Shown in pieces: positions 57,374 to 64,000 of a stretch of 64,000 nt of DNA. The notes under the pieces are model-generated. The model made no database searches and had not been told where the DNA came from. It saw only the letters and a program-made list of their open reading frames with translations. The translations under genes were made by a program, and so were the position numbers. How positions within the stretch are numbered: the first letter of the stretch is position 1; each line of letters begins with the position of its first letter. The stretch comes from Candidatus Eiseniibacteriota bacterium (lineage in GTDB: Bacteria; Eisenbacteria; RBG-16-71-46), in the NCBI GenBank assembly GCA_044223005.1, contig JBGAML010000006.1, forward strand, positions 32,001 to 96,000. The letters are read 5' to 3'.

Positions 57374-58675
57374 ATGCTTCGTCGCATCGCATCGGCCGTC
57401 GTGCTCGCGTCGCTCGCAGTCGCGAGCCTGGCGTGTGGCACCGCCCTCGCCGCCGTGACGCCCACGAGCGCCACGATCGCGTGGACCGCGCCCGGCGACG
57501 ACGGCAACACGGGCACCGCGTCGCAGTACGACGTCCGGCTCTCGACCGCGGCGATCACCGCCGGCAACTTCGCGAGCGCGACGCACCTGACGGGCGCGCC
57601 CGCCCCGGCGGCCGCGGGCAGCACCCAGTCGATGAACCTGACCGGGCTCTCGCCGTCGACCACCTACTGGTGCGCGATCAAGACCGCCGACGAAGCGGGC
57701 AACTGGTCGGCGATCTCGAACATCGTCACCTTCACGACGCCGTCGGCCAGCGACACGATCCGCCCCGCGGCGCTCGCGCTCGCCCCGGGCACGACGACGC
57801 AGACGAGCGTCGCCCTGACTTGGACCGCGACCGGTGACGACAGCCTGACCGGCACCGCGAACCACTACGAGGTGCGCTGGTCCAAGAACCCGATCACGCC
57901 CGCCAACTTCGCCTCGGCGACGCAGGTGACGAGCGGCGTGCCCGCGCCCGCGGCGCCCGGCACCTCGCAGGGCTGCACGGTCACCGGCCTCGATCGCTCG
58001 ACCGACACGTACTTCGCGGCGCGCCTCTACGACGAGGCCAACAATCCGTCCGCGCTCTCGAACGTGGTCCAGGTCGGTCCGTGGCTCGACACCGCGCCGC
58101 CGGCGACGCCTTCGGGCCTCGCGGGCAACGTGGCCCTGTCCGGCGTGCACCTGCACTGGTCGGCGAACTCCGAGCCCGATCTCGCCGGCTACCACGTCTA
58201 CCGCGCGACGGCGGCGAACGGCTCGTACGTGCGCATCGACGTCTCGACGGTCGGCACCAACGACTACACCGACACCGCCGCTCCCGACAGCGCGTCGCTC
58301 TGGTACGCCGTGAGCGCCGTCGACGCCGTCGGCAACGAGAGCGCGCGCGGTGCCGGCGTGCAGGTCTGGCTGAGCGCCGTCGGTGTCACCGCGACGACAC
58401 TGCAGCCCGCGTACCCGAACCCGAGCGGCATCGGCTCGCCCGTCACGCTGCCCGTCGCGGTGGCGCCGGGTGGCCCGAGCGACGGCCGCATCGACATCCT
58501 CAACGCCGCCGGCGAGCGCGTCCGCTCGCTCGACCTGCGCGGCCTCGCGCCCGGCACGAACCTCGTGACCTGGGACGGCCACAACGACGCCGGCCGCGTC
58601 ACCGCCCCCGGCGCGTACCACGCACTGCTCACGCTCGGCAGCACGCAGCACGCGATCCGTCTCGTGCGGCGCTGA
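57374..58675 (+). CDS. Secreted protein with three FN3-like repeats and C-terminal FlgD-Ig/T9SS-like domain
   Basis: Signal peptide; WTAPGDDG.., WTATGDDSL.., EPDLAGYHVYR; tail YPNP...WDGHNDAG..APGAY. Confidence 0.88.
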   Translation: MLRRIASAVVLASLAVASLACGTALAAVTPTSATIAWTAPGDDGNTGTASQYDVRLSTAAITAGNFASATHLTGAPAPAAAGSTQSMNLTGLSPSTTYWCAIKTADEAGNWSAISNIVTFTTPSASDTIRPAALALAPGTTTQTSVALTWTATGDDSLTGTANHYEVRWSKNPITPANFASATQVTSGVPAPAAPGTSQGCTVTGLDRSTDTYFAARLYDEANNPSALSNVVQVGPWLDTAPPATPSGLAGNVALSGVHLHWSANSEPDLAGYHVYRATAANGSYVRIDVSTVGTNDYTDTAAPDSASLWYAVSAVDAVGNESARGAGVQVWLSAVGVTATTLQPAYPNPSGIGSPVTLPVAVAPGGPSDGRIDILNAAGERVRSLDLRGLAPGTNLVTWDGHNDAGRVTAPGAYHALLTLGSTQHAIRLVRR

Positions 58676-59026
58676 GCGAAGCGAACCGATCCACGGGCCC
58701 CTCACCCCGCGCCCGGCGCACGATGCGCCGGGCGCGTCATTTCCAGGGTGCTCCGGAGAATGCGGAAATCGTCCCGGAGCTCGTTGGCGGGCAAGCGATT
58801 CCCGCGGCTCGCCGATTCGCGCGCGCCAGGCCGCGGCGATTCCACGAGTTCGATTCCGTGCCCCCGCAATCTCCCGAGCACAACGCATTTCGCCGCAGGT
58901 GGGTGGGAGGGCGTTGCGGAATACCGCACGCGAAACCGCTCTCGTCGGCCGCCCAACCGCGCGCACCGGTCCGCACCACTCGCGATGCCACGCATTTGCG
59001 TGTCCGCGAGCGATTTGGGGGCTTCG

Positions 59027-59042
59027 CGGCACGGCGGCTGCT
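59027..59042 (+). promoter_or_regulatory. Sigma54-like promoter for the PorV-LysM gene
   Basis: CGGCACG-GCGG-CTGCT. Confidence 0.55.
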
Positions 59043-59106
59043 GTGTCCGGGCGGCTCCGGATTCACCGGTCAGGACGGCGCCTCGCGCCGATTGGAGATC
59101 GCACCC

Positions 59107-60984
59107 ATGTTCCGCATCCGAATCGCCTGCTTCGCGCTCTTGCTCGCCGCCGGGACGGCGTACGCGGGCGCCGACAACGCGGGTACCACCGCCGGCAACT
59201 TCCTCTCCGTCGGCACGGGTGCGTCCGTGCTGTCGATGGGTGGCGCGACGCTCGGATCGGGCTCGGACCTGCATGCCGCCGCGTGGAACCCGGCCGCGCT
59301 GGCGCAGCTCGGCTTCACCCAGCTCTCGTTCTCGCACGCCTCGCTCGCGACCTCGTCGGCGCAGGAATACGTCGCGGCGGGCGGCCGGTTGCGCAACGGC
59401 TCGACGCGCTGGGCGGTCACGGCGCTCTACCAGGGCGACGGCAGCTTCGACGGCCGCGACGCGCTCGGCGTGTCGACGGGCAGCTTCAACGTCTCGAGCA
59501 CGGCGTTCGGCCTGCAGCTCGCGCGCCCGCTGGGCGAAGCGTTCTCGGGCGGCGTCGGCCTGCGCTGGCTCGGCGACAACCTCGGTGATTCCCACGGCAG
59601 CGGCATGAGCATCGACGCCGGCGTGCAGGCGCACGCGGGCGCGTTCGGCTTCGGCGCGGCGGCGCGCAACTACGGCGGCCGCATGCGCTACGACTCGGGT
59701 TCGTTCGACCTGCCCGCGGTGCTCGGTTTCGGCGCGTCGTGGTCGGATCCGGCGCGCGGGCTGCGGCTCGGCGTCGACGCGAACTTCCCGCGTGCGTACT
59801 ACAACGACGTCCGCGTGGGCGGCGAGTGGCGCTGGCAGGATCGCGTCGCGCTGCGCGCGGGCTACCGGCTCGAGCTCGGCGCGCCTTCGGGCGAGCCGCT
59901 CGGCGGGCCGAGCTTCGGGCTCGGCGCCGGCGCCAACGGCAGCTGGTTCGACTACGCGTTCCTCGCCGGCGATGCCGACGCGCAGGGACAGCATCGCTTC
60001 GGCGTCACGTTCCGCCCCGGGTTCCTGAACTCGGCGCTGAATCCGTCGGCTGCCGACGAGCCCGCGCCCCAGGGGCCGCCGGCCCCGACGCGCGCCGCGA
60101 AGCCCGTGCGTGCCGCCGAGCCCGTGAACGCTCCGGTCGCGAAGGCCGCGACGCCGGCGCCGGCTCCCGCCAGTGCTCCGGTCGCGAAGGTCGCGTCGCC
60201 CGCGCCGGCCCCGGCCCCCGCCCGTGCCGCCGAGCCCGCACCGGCGCAGGTCGCGCTCGCGCGCCAGGTGCCTCCGGGTGGACACGAGAGCCAGGCGGCC
60301 CCGCGCTCCAACGACCCGGCCGCATCACTCGAACCGTCGCGTCCGGTCAAGGTGACGCCGCTTTCGCGCGTGAAGCCCGAACTCTCGAACACCGATCTCG
60401 CGCTCGCCGAGGCGGCTCCGGTCGCTGCCGTGCCGGCGCCCGCGCCCAAGCGTGCCGCGCGTACCCCGAAGGTCGATGCGCCCGCTCCGCCGGTCGTCGC
60501 GCCACCGGCGCCGGTCGCGGTGCCCGTGCCCGCGGCGAGCGCGCCCGAGCCGGTCGTCGAGCCCACGCCGGTCCCGGCGTCGGCGCCCGCGCCCGAGAAC
60601 GTCGCGCCGAGCGCGCCGGCCAGCGAGCCGGCTCCGGCGCCCGTGCCCGCGCCCAAGGCGAACAAGCGCGAGAAGGCGGCCAAGCCCGAGAAGACCGAAA
60701 AGCCCGTGCCCGCCAAGGCCGCGGTGATTCCGGTCGCGCAGCTCGCGACCTCGTCGCCCAAGGTGGCGGTGGTGCCGGTGCCCGCGGATGCGCCCTCGAC
60801 GGCGCCGATCTCGAAGCCGGTCGAGCGGCCGAAGTCGGTCACGGTCGGCGACCACGAGACGCTCGCGGACCTCGCGAAGAAGTGGGACACGACGGTCGCG
60901 GCGATCATGATGGAGAACAACCTGGTCCGCGATGCGGTCAAGAAGGGCCAGAAGCTGACGCTGCCGCCGCCGCAGTCGCGCTGA
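59107..60984 (+). CDS. PorV-family beta-barrel fused via Pro/Ala-rich linker to a C-terminal LysM domain
   Basis: GGAG RBS and ATG 59107; AGTTAGNFLSVG..LSMGGA..WNPAAL; barrel ends QHRFGVTF; linker; VTVGDHETLADLAKKWDTTVAAIMMENNL..VKKGQKLTLP. Confidence 0.85.
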   Translation: MFRIRIACFALLLAAGTAYAGADNAGTTAGNFLSVGTGASVLSMGGATLGSGSDLHAAAWNPAALAQLGFTQLSFSHASLATSSAQEYVAAGGRLRNGSTRWAVTALYQGDGSFDGRDALGVSTGSFNVSSTAFGLQLARPLGEAFSGGVGLRWLGDNLGDSHGSGMSIDAGVQAHAGAFGFGAAARNYGGRMRYDSGSFDLPAVLGFGASWSDPARGLRLGVDANFPRAYYNDVRVGGEWRWQDRVALRAGYRLELGAPSGEPLGGPSFGLGAGANGSWFDYAFLAGDADAQGQHRFGVTFRPGFLNSALNPSAADEPAPQGPPAPTRAAKPVRAAEPVNAPVAKAATPAPAPASAPVAKVASPAPAPAPARAAEPAPAQVALARQVPPGGHESQAAPRSNDPAASLEPSRPVKVTPLSRVKPELSNTDLALAEAAPVAAVPAPAPKRAARTPKVDAPAPPVVAPPAPVAVPVPAASAPEPVVEPTPVPASAPAPENVAPSAPASEPAPAPVPAPKANKREKAAKPEKTEKPVPAKAAVIPVAQLATSSPKVAVVPVPADAPSTAPISKPVERPKSVTVGDHETLADLAKKWDTTVAAIMMENNLVRDAVKKGQKLTLPPPQSR

Positions 60985-61084
60985 GCCGACACGAGGGGTG
61001 AACGCGGACTGGCCTCCGCGTCCGGCGCTCGCACTGGGTCACACCGGGCGGGCGCCGTTTCACTTGCGCGCCGCGGCGTGCGCG

Positions 61085-61462
61085 TCAGAAGCGCGCGGCG
61101 AGCGCCGAGCCGGCGACGGCGGCGACCAGGCCCGAGACCACGGAGCCGGTCACGTAGAGCAGCGCGATCGGCCACTGGCCCTCGCGCGCGAGTTCGGCGG
61201 ATTCCCACGCGAACGACGAGAACGTGGTGAAGCCGCCGAGCACGCCGGTGGCGAGGAAGAGCCGCAGGTCCGTCGGCACGACGCGATGGTCGAGCGCCAG
61301 CGTCAACACGGCGCCGATCACGAAGCAGCCGACCACGTTCACGGCGAACGTGCCCCACGGAAACGTGGCGTGCGGCCAGAGCCGGAACGCCCACGTGTGC
61401 ACGAGCCAGCGCAGCACGCTGCCGATCGCCCCGCCGAGCGCGACCAGGAGCGCGGCCCTCAC
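61085..61462 (-). CDS. crcB: Fluoride efflux channel Fluc/CrcB
   Basis: GGAIGSVLR, PWGTFAVNVVGC, TGVLGGFTTFSSF. Confidence 0.93.
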   Translation of the reverse strand: MRAALLVALGGAIGSVLRWLVHTWAFRLWPHATFPWGTFAVNVVGCFVIGAVLTLALDHRVVPTDLRLFLATGVLGGFTTFSSFAWESAELAREGQWPIALLYVTGSVVSGLVAAVAGSALAARF

Positions 61463-62562
61463 AGCGGGAACGCCCCGTCGAACGCCGTGCCGCGGCCGCG
61501 GGCGACGGCGTGGCGCATCTGCTCTTCGAGGTGGGCGGGCATCGCCGCGTAGACGTCGGCGAACAGGCTCTCGATGGGCGGCGGCGGCAGCGCCTCGGCC
61601 TCGGTGACGGCCTTCGAGATCTCGTCGTTGAGCTCGGCGGTCCACGTCTCGATGTCGGCGTCCGTGAGCAGGTTCCGGCCGCGCATCCACGCTCCGAGGC
61701 GCGCGAGCGGGTCGCGCTTCTCCCACGTCTCGACGAGCTTCGGGTCGCGGTAGCGCGTGGGATCGTCGCTCGAGGAATGCCCGCCCATGCGGAACGTGAG
61801 CGCCTCGACGAACGTCGGGCCGCCCCCGGAGCGCGCTCGCTCGACCGCTTCGCGTGTGGTCGCGATCACGGCGAGCAGGTCGTTGCCGTCCACGCGCACG
61901 CCGGACATGCCGTACGCGGCGGCCTTGATCGCGATGCTGCTGGAGGCGGTCTGCGCCTCGAGCGGCACCGAGATCGCCCACTGGTTGTTCTGGCAGAAGA
62001 AGACGACGGGCACCTGCTTCACGGCGGCGAAGTTCATCGCGGCGTGGAAGTCGGACGACGACGTGCCGCCGTCGCCGATGTAACCCACCATGACGTCGCT
62101 CGTCTTCATGAGCTTCGCGGCCCATGCCGCGCCCATGGCGTGCACGAGCTGCGTGCCGATCACGGACGACCACGCGACCGAGTTCACGCGCCGGTCGCTG
62201 AAGTGCATGGGCATCTGCCGCCCGAGCAGCACGTCGCCCGAGTTGCCGATCAGCTGGCAGACGATGTCGCGCACGGAGGTGCCGCGCCACATCGAGACGC
62301 CGGTCTCGCGCAGGGCGGGGAAGATCCAGTCGGTCGCGCGCAGCGGGTAGGCCGAGCCCGTGACGCTCGCCTCCTGGCCGGTCGTGAGGCCGTAGAAGCC
62401 GATGCGCCCCTGGCGCTGCAGCGAGAGCATGCGCTGGTCCATGGTGCGGAGCAGCAGCATGTGCCGGTACATCGCGCGCAGGTCGGCATCCGGCACGTCG
62501 GGCACGGGGGCGATCGCCTTCCCGTCGTCGTCCAGCACGCGGCGCAGCGTCTCGTCGATCAC
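61459..62562 (-). CDS. 2-oxoacid (pyruvate or branched-chain) dehydrogenase E1 alpha subunit
   Basis: LQRQGRIGFY, GQEA, GDGGTS...CQNNQWAIS TPP motif, HSSSDDPTRYR. Confidence 0.92.
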   Translation of the reverse strand: MIDETLRRVLDDDGKAIAPVPDVPDADLRAMYRHMLLLRTMDQRMLSLQRQGRIGFYGLTTGQEASVTGSAYPLRATDWIFPALRETGVSMWRGTSVRDIVCQLIGNSGDVLLGRQMPMHFSDRRVNSVAWSSVIGTQLVHAMGAAWAAKLMKTSDVMVGYIGDGGTSSSDFHAAMNFAAVKQVPVVFFCQNNQWAISVPLEAQTASSSIAIKAAAYGMSGVRVDGNDLLAVIATTREAVERARSGGGPTFVEALTFRMGGHSSSDDPTRYRDPKLVETWEKRDPLARLGAWMRGRNLLTDADIETWTAELNDEISKAVTEAEALPPPPIESLFADVYAAMPAHLEEQMRHAVARGRGTAFDGAFPL

Positions 62563-63752
62563 TGGAGGTCCCCTTCGGCGAGCCAGGCGCCGGGCGATTG
62601 CAACCGCTCGACCAGCGCGTAGAGGAAGTCGGCCCCGACCGCGCCGTCGACGACCCGATGGTCCATCGACAGCGACAGGTTGCCGAGGTCGCGGATCACG
62701 ATCTGCTCGTCGACCACGGCGGGCTTGCGGCCCACCGCGTGCACGCCGAGGATCGCGACCTGCGGATGGTGCAGGATCGGCGTCGCGAGCACGCCGCCCT
62801 TCGCGCCGGTGCTGGTGACGGTGAACGTGCCGCCCTGCAGCTCGGCGAGCTGCAGGTGGTGTCCGCGGGCCGCGGTCGCGAGCCGCTCGACCTCGCGCGC
62901 GAGCGCGAACAGGCCGAGCCGCCCGGCGTCGTGCACGATCGGCACCGTGAGGCCTTCGTCGGTCGCGGTGGCGACGCCGAGGTGGATCGCCCCATGCTGC
63001 ACGATCTCCTGCGTCGCGTCGTCGAGCGAGGCGTTGAGCAGGGGGAAGCGCCCGAGCACCTCGGGCAACGCGCGCAGCACGTAGTGGAGCAGCGAGAGCT
63101 TCACGCCGGCGGCCTCGGCCTTCGCCTTCACGGCGTTGCGGTGCTCGACGATCGCGGTGAAGTCGCACTCGGCGACGAAGGTGAACTGGGCCGCGGTCGA
63201 GAGCGAACGGCGCATGTGCTCGGCGATCTTCCGCCGCAAGCCCCGTACCGGCACGCGCGTGTCGCCGGCCGCGCCCGCGGGCGCCGCGGCGCCCGCCTGA
63301 GCGGCGCGCACGTCGTCGGCGGTGATGCGGCCGCCCGGGCCCGTGCCGCGCACCTGCTCGAGCGCGACGCCGAGTTCCTTCGCCAGCGCGCGCACGGCGG
63401 GCGCGGCCTCGACGCGCGCGCCGCTTGCGGGCGCCGCCGCGGGTGCCGCAGGCGCGGGTGCCGCCGCGGCCGGCGCAGCGTGGGCCGCGGGTGCGGCCGC
63501 AGCGGGCGCGCCCCCGGCGACGGCGATCGAGACGATCACGGTGCCCACGGGCACCATGGCGCCTTCTTCGGCGTGCAGCGCGGCGATCGTGCCGGTGCGC
63601 GGCGAGGGAATCTCGACGCTGGCCTTGTCGGTCATGACCTCGACCAGCGGCTGGTCCTCGCGTACGGCGTCGCCGGCCTTCACGAGCCAGCGCACGATCT
63701 CGCCTTCGGCGACGCCTTCGCCGATGTCGGGGAGCTTCACGTCGAACGTCAC
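62559..63752 (-). CDS. Dihydrolipoamide acyltransferase (E2)
   Basis: LPDIGEG...EVMTDKA lipoyl domain, GTGPGGRIT E3-binding domain, DHRVVDG; GGAGG before GTG 63752. Confidence 0.93.
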   Translation of the reverse strand: MTFDVKLPDIGEGVAEGEIVRWLVKAGDAVREDQPLVEVMTDKASVEIPSPRTGTIAALHAEEGAMVPVGTVIVSIAVAGGAPAAAAPAAHAAPAAAAPAPAAPAAAPASGARVEAAPAVRALAKELGVALEQVRGTGPGGRITADDVRAAQAGAAAPAGAAGDTRVPVRGLRRKIAEHMRRSLSTAAQFTFVAECDFTAIVEHRNAVKAKAEAAGVKLSLLHYVLRALPEVLGRFPLLNASLDDATQEIVQHGAIHLGVATATDEGLTVPIVHDAGRLGLFALAREVERLATAARGHHLQLAELQGGTFTVTSTGAKGGVLATPILHHPQVAILGVHAVGRKPAVVDEQIVIRDLGNLSLSMDHRVVDGAVGADFLYALVERLQSPGAWLAEGDLQ

Positions 63753-63768
63753 GCGTCCTCCTGAAGGA

Positions 63769-64000
63769 TCAGTCCAGCAGGTCGAACCGGCCCATGGGCG
63801 TCTCGCGCTCCCAGGTCCGGCGGCCGCGTTCGGAGAGGGCCTCGATCGCATCCGCGTGGTCGCGCACGAACTCGTCGTACGGCACCTCGCTGGTCCAGCG
63901 GTCCGCCACGACGTAGCGCGCGGGATCGCGCCGGTCGTGCCAGAGCGTGACGCTGACGAACGCGGGGCTGCCCTTGAAGAGCTGCGTCCACGGGCCGTCG
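63769..64000 (-). CDS. Antibiotic-biosynthesis-monooxygenase-like protein (5' end outside the window)
   Basis: Hand translation DGPWTQLFKGSPAFVSVTLWHDRRDPARYVVADRWTSE...GRFDLLD*. Confidence 0.6.
   Translation of the reverse strand, partial: DGPWTQLFKGSPAFVSVTLWHDRRDPARYVVADRWTSEVPYDEFVRDHADAIEALSERGRRTWERETPMGRFDLLD

Noticed and set aside
61462..61560. Fluoride riboswitch before crcB
   Set aside because: crcB start overlaps the E1alpha stop, leaving no leader

Overview
Very GC-rich bacterial DNA (roughly 70% or more by eye) from a diderm organism. Several features suggest an FCB-related lineage such as Ca. Eisenbacteria, though this is inference: FlgD-Ig/T9SS-like C-terminal domains, PorV-family barrels and a C-terminal 'TWGxLKxxYR' tail. 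About 48 real CDS are present. Most long ORFs in the supplied track are antisense or off-frame shadows, so starts were re-called by hand. The window is dominated by cell-envelope and export biology. (1) A ~3,500-aa surface protein (Gly-rich head, ~15 DUF11 repeats, probable C-terminal beta-barrel) is co-transcribed with an OmpA_C peptidoglycan-binding protein. (2) A complete single-operon type IV pilus cluster (pilT-B-C-A-V-W-X-M-N-O-P-Q, plus pilD) has a PilT lacking both His-box histidines. (3) Divergent from it is a duplicated cassette of FN3-repeat cargo with a T9SS-like CTD plus a PorV-family barrel. Each of its three units has a sigma54-like promoter, and the second PorV is fused through a ~270-aa Pro/Ala linker to a LysM domain. 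Locus (3) is the best candidate for an undescribed system, and locus (1) is second. Also present: arsR-arsM, speA, several peptidases (M1, tricorn/S41, YpfJ-type, and a metzincin lacking its catalytic Glu), a hybrid kinase, an SSS transporter, yebC, fabH, crcB, and 2-oxoacid dehydrogenase E2/E1-alpha. No rRNA, tRNA, CRISPR array or transposase was recognised.
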